Shown here one piece after another: positions 52,613-64,000 of a stretch of 64,000 nt of DNA. Both the position numbers and the translations under genes were made by a program. Under the pieces are notes generated by a model. It worked only from the letters and a program-made list of their open reading frames with translations. It was not told the origin of the DNA and ran no database searches. Numbering within the stretch: position 1 is the stretch's first letter; each line of letters opens with the position of its first letter. The stretch is from the human T2T-CHM13v2.0 reference genome, Homo sapiens, in the NCBI RefSeq assembly GCF_009914755.1, contig NC_060934.1. One strand, written 5' to 3'.

Positions 52613-53749
52613 TTTGTAAAGGTATCTCTCCATTCGTACTTTGTCTGATGGTGAAGCCACAGGGGCCGTGAGCCCTGTGAGTGCCGTCCCCGCCCCAGGG
52701 CGACATCAGCAGAGTGCGTGTGTGAGGCCCAGGGGTACACCGCTCCTTCAGTCTGCCAGCGTGCCGCCTGCCTGCCTTGGAGGTAGCCTTACTCCCTGGG
52801 ACGCGTCCAAGAAACTGAAAGCAATAGGCAGATTTGGATTTCAGCTCTTCACCTGACGGATGACCCCAGCCTGCTCTGCTATGAGATGGAGCACACCAGT
52901 GATTACTGTAAAAGGCTGTTGTGAAGGTTCCAGGAAGTATTCCTGAAGTTCCTGGCCACTGGCTTACACGTACAAGATACTGAGTGAGTAATGGCTCTTT
53001 CTGGCATTATTGTATTGGACCCTTTGGAATAACATTTGTGTAAATGCCCTTTATTTTGTCCCAAACAATGGAACGATAAGAAAAACGGCAATGAAATTTT
53101 TGAGGGGAGAATTCTACTGGACAATTCCTCATTTTTCTTTGTTTGGGTAGGGGTGGCATCAAAAGGGTCATGTAGATTTTGCTCAGGTATTCAAGTTTAT
53201 GTATTAGTTCCATAATCTGATGAATGTTTACTGGGCACGTCTCAGGTGTGCTGTGACCATGACGTCCCTCTCCGTGGCCCTCTCATGTGCTATGGACTAG
53301 ACGGGACATGAGTACGGGGAACTCCAGCCATGATGACTGCGGTACTCAGAACCGTTCTCTGTTCTTGTATCAAGTGCTGGTTGGTTTCTTCTATGAAGGA
53401 GATTGTGTTATAAGCTAGGAAGATATCGGAGACGGTGAGTCTCTGTATTGAAAGAGACATTACAGGATTTCAAGAATGGGGCCGAACCTTGACCAAGAGA
53501 TGTTTCCGAAAGCGAGTTAGAATAAAAAGTCATGAGGAAATTGTCTTAGGTTTTTGTTTTAAAAATGTTTCTGTGCTCCTTTTTAACGTCAGCAACTTTG
53601 AAAAATAAAACAAAATAAATGCTCAGCCTACCCTTGCTATTCTTTGTGGGAGACTGGAGTGACTTCTCCTTTCTTCCTTCTTCTCATTTAGACAGAGCCG
53701 CTCAGAGCTGAGGAGGCAACAACACAGAACCCACGTTCCAGGTGCTATG

Positions 53750-53874
53750 TTCTGGGAGTACAGGCATGAGTCCCCGCACTCACCCCTTCTTCTATTAATA
53801 TCCCCCGGTGGCGGGCTCTGATGGCATCAGCTTGTGTGTGGAAGCTTCCTGCTGTAATGTAATCAGCAAATGGA
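53750..53874 (-). repeat. Inverted ~125-bp copy of 56912-57040, including the first ~36 bp of the AluJ at 57005
   Basis: 26-bp identical core GCATCAGCTTGTGTGTGGAAGCTTCC; both ORF-track peptides contain EASTHKLM. Confidence 0.93.
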
Positions 53875-53992
53875 AGCCGTGTCCCTTTAAACCCTTGCCG
53901 TCACTTCTGCATGTGGCAAAATCAGGGTGGAAACCTGGCCCATTCCATTCCTTGTGCTGAGAGTGAAAATGACCCTGCATGTCAATCAGAAA

Positions 53993-54070
53993 CCATGTAA
54001 CAAACCTGCACTTTCTGCACATGTATCCCAGAACTTAAAGTAAAATTTAAAAAAAGAAAAAAGGAAAGAA
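53993..54070 (+). mobile_element. L1PA 3'-terminal stub (~55 bp plus A tail)
   Basis: CCATGTAACAAACCTGCACTTTCTGCACATGTATCCCAGAACTTAAAGTAAAAT-poly(A). Confidence 0.88.
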
Positions 54071-54225
54071 ATCTCGCCTAGGTAGCATGATCACGCGTCC
54101 TCTCTTCTGCTTGATGAATTTTTATATACTTTTGTGTGTGGAATATCTGAACATGCCCACAGCTAGCATGCTGCAGATTTTCAGCCCTCAGTCAAGGAAA
54201 AAAAAACAGATGAATAATTTGAAGG

Positions 54226-54537
54226 GGCCCAGCACAGTGGCTCATGCCTATAATCCTAGCACTTTGGGAGGCTGAGGTGGGCAGATTGCCTGAGCTGAGG
54301 AAATCGAGACCAGCCAGGGCAAAATGGTGAAACCCCATCTCTACTAAATACAAAAAATCAGCCGGGCATGGTGACATGTGCCTGTAGTCCCAACTACTTT
54401 GGAGGCTGAGGCAGTAGAATTGCTTGAACTCAGGAGGTGGAGGTTGCAGGAACTCAGGAGCCAAGATTGCGCCACTGCACTCCAGCCTGGGTGACAGAGC
54501 GAGACTCTGTCTCCCAAAATAGATAGATAAATAAATA
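54226..54537 (+). mobile_element. AluS
   Basis: 13-bp TSD AATAATTTGAAGG at 54213-54225 and 54538-54550. Confidence 0.95.
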
Positions 54538-56058
54538 AATAATTTGAAGGAAGCCTTTCCTGTCAGAGTTCATCTTCTTGGAAAACAAGGAAATTCACAT
54601 TATTTTCATCAGTTGCATTTTCTATGTGAGTATAATCTACATGAGTGACATAGATGCCATTCCTAATTTCAAAGAAGATACCACAGGCACATTGAAAACG
54701 TCGCAGACATAAAGTCAATTTAAGCCAGGGGATGCATCCAAAAATTTACTATAAACCTTTCCTGTACCCTGAAATGTAGGCATTGTGTGGAGCTTTAGGG
54801 CAGGTGGCAGCAGATTTAAAAGTTTGCAGTTGTGCTGGAGGAACAACCATCTAAACAGCGTAGTCAGAAACGTAAATAAATACCCCGAGAAAAGGATGTG
54901 CTAATGGGGATATGTTTATCAAATATAATGGAAATAAGCAATTGACTTTTTCTTTGGTAAAATTTGGATCAGTTTATCACATAGGTAATATTTGAATTGG
55001 ATCCCGAAGAGTTAGCAGGAATTTGACGAGTGAAGACGAGTTGGTCTGTGAAGAGGAGGCAGCCTGTGGCAGGTGAATGCCATTCACGTCCACCAGGGCC
55101 TGACAGCACCAGGGGGAGTGGGTGCCAGTGTGCCCCTGTCCTGAGAGCTGAGCTTCAGGGCCAACAGGGCAAGTGGCTCAGGACCCACTCAAGGTGCCTG
55201 TGGTGGGAGGACAGCCCAGCCCTCCAAGGTGAACTGAAAAAACACATGCCAGTGAGTTTTAAAGCTGAAGGCTGGAAAGCTCTTCTCCATTGCACGGCTC
55301 TGATATACCGGCTTGGCTTTCACAGGAAAATCAGCTGTGCGTGGGGTGTCCTCTGAGATTCTCCTAATTGCTTTGCAGGTCTAAACATACCGCACGATGC
55401 TGTCAGGGATTGCTATGGATAGCCAACTCCATTCTGCTAAACAAAACCAGTAATTTGGAAAAATTACAGCCCTGGATGCCATCGTTGGCACCACAAGGAC
55501 GACCTCCCTGCTAACTGTTAAAAAAAGAAAAAAAAAAAATTGGCGGCACACCAGGCCAAGGAAGGCCTCTGTGTAAGTGTGGAATACGACAATCCTTTAG
55601 GAAAAAAAGCAAAATAGAAAACTGAATGAATTTTTGATGATTTAACCTAGGACAGTGGGGTCTTAGAGGGCTGTGGCTGTTTCATTTGGAATAGTTATTT
55701 TGTAACAAAAAGGGCATATCCTGCTTCCCAGCCTTAACCATATGCAAGCACTGTTTAGCAACTTGCTCCTAATGACACCTTCCTCTGAAAAGCTAGTTCG
55801 CCATGAAACAGATATTTATGAGGCCTGTGGTTCATCTTCCTAGAGATTCCCATAAACACAGGTGTGTGGACACATCTGAGCTCTACAAGCCGAACGCCCG
55901 TACCCAGCGCCACTTTTTTTTTCTATTCAACCTCCTCCCCAGAATTCTGCAGTCTCAGAGAGGAGGCATCTTCACTCAAAAGTTCTTCTACTTGCCCCAT
56001 TCTTAATATTCTGTATTGAAGGAAAGGATTATTCTGGCTCAAGGCTTTTCTCCCTCAG

Positions 56059-56090
56059 ACAAAATGATGTGGCGTAAGATTCATTACCAG
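56059..56090 (+). other. Candidate 32-nt exon (unverified)
   Basis: CTTTTCTCCCTCAG acceptor and CAG|GTGAGT donor; one open frame, KMMWRKIHYQ. Confidence 0.3.
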
Positions 56091-57004
56091 GTGAGTGAAC
56101 TTCCTAGGGGCACAGACAGGACAGCTGTCCCCATCAGAGGCAGAGAAGAGTGAGGAGGACTTTTATTTTCCTTTCAGAGTCAGCAAGCTTTAACATAAGC
56201 TGCCTCCTGTCGTCCTCTTATTCTCTAAAAGGGCATAGCTGTGGCTGTGCAGTCTCTTCATATTAACTCAGTCTCTGGGGCCGCTGCATAGGCAAACATG
56301 CTTGTGTGTATCTGCCGAGCAGGATTTTAGTAAAAAGCACAAGCCAGGAAAACGCCAGACTGAGTCTTCGTCATGGGTGCAGGTCAAGTCTGCTCCATGG
56401 CCACATAGACCAGGCCTGGTTTCCCATTTCCGTGATTGTCTTTCGAATATGTCACATCAAGAGTCATGTTCCACCTGACATTTCTAAATTTTTTTTTTTC
56501 ATGTTGTTCATCTCATGTGGTCTTACATTCAGAGATTGAGCTGTTGTATCATATTCTGGAAGCATTCCAGGTCACTATCGCTCCTCTTTTCAAAAGGTTG
56601 TGGGAAAACAAAATATAATTTCAGGCTAAATACTCGTGAGGATCTAACCTTTCTATACCATAATGCCTGTGAGCCCACACTCAGGCTGTGGCTTGTTTTC
56701 CCACCATTTCCAAAGGTGCTTTCTCATTTTGAAATCTTAATGCTTAGGTAAGAAAGACAGCAGTTTTGGAGGAGAAAAGAGGTGGACCCTGAAACTCAAC
56801 AGCATATTTTGTTGGGGGATTGTCCACTCATTGCCATGAATTCAGAACTTGCTGTTTTGAATTCCTCATTATGTCTGCTTAGTCATAAAATAGAGGCTTT
56901 CCTCCTTCCTGTCCATTTGCTGATTATATTACAATGGGAAGCTTCCACACACAAGCTGATGCTGTAAGAACCCCCCCATCACCAGGAGATATGAATAGGA
57001 AAGG

Positions 57005-57337
<333 letters not shown>

Positions 57338-57719
57338 TTAAGATGAAACGTTAACTTCTTGAATATAGTGTTCTATCCTTCCTATTAAGGGGAAATTAGT
57401 TGCCACATTTGAAAGCCTCAATCTGAGCGGGAAATATGCAGTTTAGTGTGTGAACAAAAAGAGTAAATACACTCGTTTATCACAGGGCTTGGCCCCAGCT
57501 CCCAGCTTCCTGCTGTCCAAGTCCCCCCGCTGCCTGGCCTGAACAGAGCATTCGCATGATGCTGCGTTGTCCCCTGGGAGCTCTTCCCCTCTGCCACTCC
57601 GGAGGCTCCTTCCCTTGTGATTTTGTTCTCCCGGTTACACACAGGAAGAACACTGCCATGACCACTGCTTACACAACCATTTTTGCTGCTGCAATGCCCA
57701 AACGTTAACACATATTGGA

Positions 57720-57915
57720 TTTTTATTACTACATGTCAGGCACCATGCTAAGGACTTGCAGGAGAACATAACCATGCGTGGTGGAGAATATTACCCTACT
57801 CATTTTGCAGGTGAGAAAACTGAGGCTGGGAGGCATAAGCTAGTTGCCAGAGGCACCTATTTTTCGAGTGTGACTCCAGATGCCATGTCTGACTCCAGAA
57901 CCCCAATTGCTCTGC
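57720..57915 (-). mobile_element. MIR
   Basis: GTCAGGCACCATGCTAAG; CATTTTGCAGGTGAGAAAACTGAGGCT; TGTCTGACTCCAGA. Confidence 0.8.
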
Positions 57916-59059
57916 CTTTCTGATGGAAGTATCCCCTGCCACCTAGAAACAGCCACATATCTGAACAAAATGAAACAATCAATCAAACAGAAAGGCCACG
58001 TTGCATATTCCAGGATGGTTGGTGTCATCAATAATGAATGTGTCTGTGCATGCGTGAGGCTTGCGGTTGGGCAAAGCGCTTGGCCACCCTCCTGCAGAAC
58101 CTGATTCTCCAATGTTTGGTGTTTACTAATGAAGCTGGGAGCTGCAGCGTCTGTGGGGGAAAATGTCTACAACTGCAGTGAACAAGTGAGAATTTATCTG
58201 ATTCATAAAATTGGCACCTGCAGCCTTAGTACCCTGGGCCAATGTTAAACAAACGTTTTCAAAACAGTAAAATCCAGGAAGCTCTGAAGCACTCTAGTGA
58301 ATTGAAGCCCATTTCCTGCACCGTCTTTCTAGGTCCAAGTTGGTTTATTGCTCAGTCTCTTGGGCAGGGTCACAGCAGAGACAGCTGTGCAGTCAGGGCA
58401 CAGAGGGGCGGGCTGGGGTCTCGGGCGATGCCACAAGCTGATGAGCCAGTGGCCAGAGGACAGCACCGGGCACCTCTCAGGGTCTCTCCTTCCTCCAAGA
58501 CAGAACCAAGGAATTTATATGGGTGTGCTCTCAGCCTCAGACCAGACTTCAATCAGACGCTAGACGCGTGGAGGCTGTGGCTTCTCTGAAACCGAGCCTC
58601 CTCTTTATCCTTTCCCACACCCTTCACTGCCGTGGAGACTTTTCCTCCTAAAGTGCTTGAAGCGGGGAGCTTTCTGGTGGAAAACTCATATGGCTGGGAA
58701 GGAAAGCTCTCTACAAATGTCCTTCCTAGAAAAGCTCTTCCTTTATGTACAGCAGAAGAAACTACCTTAACCACTAGCAGATGTGAAAAGTTAAATTGGG
58801 AAAATCATTAAATTTGTTTAAAAATTGTAAAATGGTAGGTAACTACAATTGTAAAAGGGGAGAAAAAGAGATAATGCCATAAACAGCCAAATGCCTCCCT
58901 CCCTGAAACCACAATTATTAATATTATGTCATATTGGCCTTACAATTTTAATAAAATAAGTAAAATATTACAGATAAAATTAGAATCTTCAGTATAGTGA
59001 TAGTTCACCCTCAAAAACAAGAAAGAATCATTCTAATCTCTGATCTACATGTAAGCTAT

Positions 59060-59520
59060 GTATGTCACATTTATCTGTCTTCTCTCTAATCTGTAACCTA
59101 TAAGTCTATCATATCTATCTATCTATCGCCTATCATCTATCTATCATCTCTATCCATATATCTATAATCTATCAATCATCTATTATCTATCATTTCTATT
59201 TATCTATCTATCTAGCCTAACATCTATCTATCCATCATTTTCTATCTATTCATCTGTCATCCATCTAACCTATCATCTTTCCATCTACTTAACATCTATT
59301 TATCTATCTCATCTATGTATCTATGTAGCTATCTATGATCTATTTATCTATCATCTGTGTCATCTAAGCAATCTAATGTCTATCCATCTACCTAACACCT
59401 ATCTCATCTCTCTATGTATCTATCTGTCTACTATTTAGATATCGTCTATCTATCTATGTATCAATCTATGCCTCTATCCTTCATCTCTTTATCATCTGTA
59501 TATCCATTGACCTACCTGTC
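59060..59520. repeat. Degenerate (TATC/ATCT)n tetranucleotide tract
   Basis: Direct reading. Confidence 0.92.
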
Positions 59521-61759
59521 TCTGAACTGTGGCTCATATTTATTGGCTGTATTGAGATAACTTGAATCAGGGAAGAACACCTGACTTGGCTGCTGAGATG
59601 TTCCAAATCAAAACACCTCAGACTTTGTAAAATGTCACCCCTGCCCAGCAGAACATGTGGAATTGTATCACATCCAGAAAGTGTTTAATGAGCTGGTTAG
59701 TGATGAGCCTGGCCTGCTTCAGCTGCGTATCCCATCCCTTGTCAACAGCAAACACTGAGCAATGGCACTTTTCATTTCTTAACTGTTGCTTTTTAGACAA
59801 TGGTGTGTATGGAAACAGCGTTGTGGGAAGCCAAAAGCCCTGTAAAAATGTGGTCTAGCATCCCAGTCACCTCCTCCTGGGAGGGTTTGGCTTCCTGCCA
59901 TTTCTATTCAGAGGCAGGCACTGCACGCTTGTTTCTGATCCTGGCTGGCCAGTGGCAGAGGGCATTCCAGTTATTATGGAAATTCACTGAGAGGAGAGGC
60001 ACCTTGCCACTTCATCTCCACCTTGCACGGCACCTTCACAGTCCCATGCCGATGAGGGTTGTTCAATAAATATTGTGGATTGAGCCAAGAGGGGATGGCA
60101 GATAACTGGAATTAACATGAGGCAGATGACACATGGTGCCAGAGTCATTTTATTCAATTATTGAATCAGAAAGTTCTCAGAAATAGTATTTACATATAGT
60201 CCATGGGACAATAAAAATTCCACAAAATTTTATTTTTAAAGATAGAGGGTCTTAGGTTCCTTTGCCACTCCCTTCCGTCTTATCTCAAATAGCTTTGCGG
60301 GTCCTTCTGTGCCCTCTGTTCCAAGTAGAAATTTCTTCCCCACAATGAGCCGTCCCCTTAATCTCCTCCACTTCAAAGGATGCGTAATAGTTTCACACAC
60401 CTCTGTGAGCAGCTGGGAAGATCTCGGAATATCAGCTTCCCTCCTGCTTCCCTCTTCAGTACACAATCCATTTCTTTAATACCAACTTAAAGTGAGTTAT
60501 ATTTGACAGCATTGCACAAGCCATGACTGCACGGCTATTGCTATCTGTGAAAAGATTCATTTGGATCTTTGGCATGTATACTTCAGAATCCTGTACACTC
60601 TTGGTTTCCATTGATTCTGTAGCTTCTACTTTTGCACGGCTCCATAGTTTCATGTTTAGTGTTGCTGAACAAAAGAAGAGGCTTTCTCTTTGCTTCGTCT
60701 TCTGTTTTCATGTGGTTGCTTCTTGTTCCCCCCACATAGCAGCAAGAATACTGCATGGTTCTTGTCCAGGAACACATAAATTATGCAAGATAAACCAAAG
60801 TACACAAGAAAATATGGGGCCTTCTTGCTTTTTTTGTAGGTAATACAATTGGTGTCTGAATCATTTGATTTACAAGGAGAAGTAAAAAAGTTTTGTGTGT
60901 GTCTGTGTGTGTATTAATCAATAGTTAACAAATTAATACATATTCTAAACATAGCAGGAATGGTGGTTGTTTTGCATGCAATTAGTTGTTTTCTATTTAA
61001 TAACTTTCTTTTGGCCTGCTACATTTAATCATGACATAAGGTGTCTCCATCATATTAACTGTTGAATCCTTGCTAGGATGATTGGATTAGTTATCTGATT
61101 AGTTTATCCTGTAACTGTTTAATGCCTTTACTGAGTTTCATTGCATTATGATTCAGTTACATGAAAACTGCAATTTACCTGTAACTGACTCATGCAGGCT
61201 CAATTTCATTTCTGAATTTGGCTTTTTAGAACAAACAATTCAAGACTAAATTTATAACAGAGGTGCACTCATAAAAACAAATTACTAGGGTTTCTGAAGT
61301 TAAATCTAAAGAACTCTGCCCTGAGAAATCACATCTACTTCAAATAATCAAATATACATTTAGTTTCAGCCACCAATCACTTTCTAAGGAGGAACAATCT
61401 ACAGACACTATTTTAGGAATACAAAAACTATTTATGTTATGTAGAAACTTCACTCCTTCTAAACCACTAATTACTAAGCATAGAGAGGTTTGCAAAATAA
61501 GCAGTATATTATTAGTAACTGGGCATAATTGATCATCATTTATTGGTGTAAATAATAAAGACAACAACGTGGTCCATCTTCGATCAAGGGCAGAGTATTA
61601 TGCAAGAGGAGCATGGACTCCTGGACTGCACCTGTGATGCCACAGAAATGCGCAGCCCCACCTGCTCAATGGGTTCTGGTCACATTGGCCCACGTCTTCC
61701 CTGCCTGTCCTTACCCTGGGAAACAGTTCGACAGAGGCACAGACTGCACAGAACCCATG

Positions 61760-62300
61760 TCCACTCATATTTCATAGGTGGAAGCACTGAGACATGGTGA
61801 GGAGCTTTGATACAACAGTCTCAAAGTTCAGAGAGCTAGAATACTTAACAAGCAGCACCAGGGATGAGGCAGGATTGGATCCAAGGTGATTTCCTGCTGT
61901 GCAAATTGGGATTTTTTTTTTTGCCTTAATTGTCCTGTATTCCATTTTCTTTATCCTTTACAATGGAGATGATAATGCCCGTCTCAAGAATGGTCGGAAC
62001 TCAGTGAGAGAGTGGAAAGCACCTGGCATAAGGCAGTCTACACAAGATCATCAGTCAATAGCTCTGCTGGTAGTTAATGCATTGTACTGACAATTTTGAT
62101 TGTGTAGGGAGTTTGACTTGAATTACCCTATTTAATGTTTATACTGACAAATAATAGTATAAACTCCATTTTACAAATGAGGAAACTAAAGTTTGAAGAC
62201 ACCTGATAATTTGAAGCTGTGCAGGAATTTGACCAAGGCCAGATTAAACTAAATAGAGAAGCTGGCATTGGCCCAGATCCCTCCACCCAACAGCTGAGGC
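61760..62300. mobile_element. Cluster of MIR fragments
   Basis: TTTCATAGGTGGAAGCACTGAGAC; TACAATGGAGATGATAATGCC..AAAGCACCTGGCATA; CCATTTTACAAATGAGGAAACT. Confidence 0.65.
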
Positions 62301-62570
62301 TTTTCCCCCCAGTGACACACCAAGGACATTGTTGCTGTCAGGAGCACAGAGGCCTCAGAGATCCCCTGTCTCTCACTATCCCATCTGGATGGGGAGTTTC
62401 CCAGGTCCTCCATCCACCGTGATGCCAGCAAAGTCTTTCAATCTGGATAAAGACCTTGATGTTTCATATCAGAGAAAGACCCTGTTGTGGTCTTTGTCTC
62501 ATAAATGAACGTTCATGTTGAGGAGGTGAATTCAGCAAAAGGTTGTACAATCAGGACGATGTGACAAGTA

Positions 62571-64000
62571 CGGACACACCTTGATTTATGGAGCTTTACT
62601 TCACGGCACTTCACAGATCATGTGTTTCTTACAAATTGAAGGTTCATGGCAACCCTGCACTGTGCAAGTTTATCAGTGCCATTTTCCCACAGTGTGTGCT
62701 CACTTCGGGTCTCCATGTCACGTTTTGATAATTCTCCCAATGTTCTGAAGTTTTTCATTATTATTATATCTGGTTTAGTGCTCTGTGGTCAGTGATGTTT
62801 GATGCCACTGCTGTAATTGTTTTGGGGCACCACAGACCATGTCCATAGAAGGTGGCAAACTCCATGGATAGATGTGTCTTCTGACTGCTCCACTGACCCG
62901 CCATTCTCCCGTCTTCCTCTGTCTCTTCAGGCCTCCTTATTCCCTGAAATACAACAATATTAAAAGTCGACCCCAGTCAGTAACCCTGCAATGAACTCTA
63001 ACTGCACAAGTAAAAGAAAAATTTACACTTCTCTTCCTTTAAATGCAAAGCTAGAAATGATTAATCTTAGTGAGGAAGGCATGTTGAAAATTGAGACAGA
63101 GCAAGAGCTAGGCCTCTTGTGCCAAACAGCCAAGCGGCCAATGCAAAGAACAAGTTCTTGAAGAAGTTAGAAGTACTACACCAGCGAACATACAGATGAT
63201 AAGAAGTGAAACAACCTCATTGCTGAGATGGAGATCTAATACAAGATCAAACCAGCCACAGCATTCCTTTAAGTGGAAGCCTAATTCAGAGCAAGGCCGT
63301 GACTCTCTTCGATTCTGCAGAGGCTGAGAAAGGTGAGGAAACTGCAGAAGAGAAGTTTGAAGCTGTGAGGTTGAAGGAAAGAAGCCACAGTGTAACGTAA
63401 AAGTGCAAACGGAAGCTGCATGGGCTGATGGAGAAGCTGCAGCAAGTCCTCCAGAAGATCTAGCTAAGATCATTGATAAAAGTGGCTACTCTAAACAACA
63501 GGTTTTAAATGTAGATGAAATAGCCTTCTATTGGAAAGAAAATGCCATCTCGAACTTTCAGAGCTAGAGATGAGAAGTCAATGTCTTGCTTCAAAACTTC
63601 AAAGGACAGGCTGACCCTCTTGTTAGGGGCTAATATAGCTGGTGACTTTAACTTGAAGCCAATATTTATTTACGACTCCGAAAGTCATAGGGCCCTTAAG
63701 AATTATGCTAAATCTACTCTGCCTGTGCTCTAGAAATGGAACAACAAAGTTTGGATGACAGCACATCAGTTTACAGCATGGTTTACCCAATATTTTAAGC
63801 CCACTGTTGAGACCTACTGCTCAGAAAAAAGCTTCCATTCAAATTGTTACTGCTCATTGACAAGGCACCTGGTCACCCAGGAGCCCTGATGGAGATGTGC
63901 AAGGAGATAATGCTGTTGGCATTCATGTGCCTGGTAACACAACTTCCATTCTGCAGCCCAGGGATCAAGGAGTCATTTTGACTTTCAAGTCTTATGAGTT
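62571..64000 (+). mobile_element. Tigger1 DNA transposon (5' part, runs off the window) with decayed pogo/CENP-B-like transposase
   Basis: TA then a TIR-like start; TTACAAATTGAAGGTT..GGCAACCCTGCA; AAAGCTAGAAATGATTAA.CTTAGTGAGGAAGGCATG; ORF 63542-63733 [25 protein letters not shown]; frameshifts and stops. Confidence 0.95.

Noticed and set aside
63542-63733. Tigger transposase as a domesticated TIGD-like gene
   Set aside because: The surrounding frame has stops, frameshifts and deletions; it is an ordinary decayed Tigger1 copy

Overview
Primate (human-like) nuclear DNA, intronic or intergenic. The primate call rests on AluJ/S/Y, L1PA, THE1, MLT2A and MER11 elements. I can support no protein-coding gene, RNA gene or CRISPR array. 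The long ORFs in the track are by-products of (CA/CATG)n low-complexity tracts, Alu sequence or GC-rich stretches; the only recognisable protein is a decayed Tigger1 transposase fragment at the right end. A large part of the window is recognisable repeats: about 14 Alus, several old L1M segments, L2/MIR, MaLR/ERVL LTRs, MER44A, MER2 and Tigger1. All repeat subfamily calls were made by eye from remembered consensus sequences and need RepeatMasker/Dfam confirmation. I do not see a supportable new biological system. The most unusual signal is a set of local templated rearrangements: a ~125-bp inverted copy placed 3 kb from its source that includes the start of an Alu, a ~90-bp-arm fold-back inside an L1, an older L1MC-like fragment captured inside a younger AluJ, a doubled MER11 terminus, and several short tandem duplications that double transcription-factor motifs (NRF1, KLF, MEIS/E-box). 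There is also a twin-primed L1MA, an MLT2A2 LTR with a DUX4-like site, and one well-formed 32-nt candidate exon.
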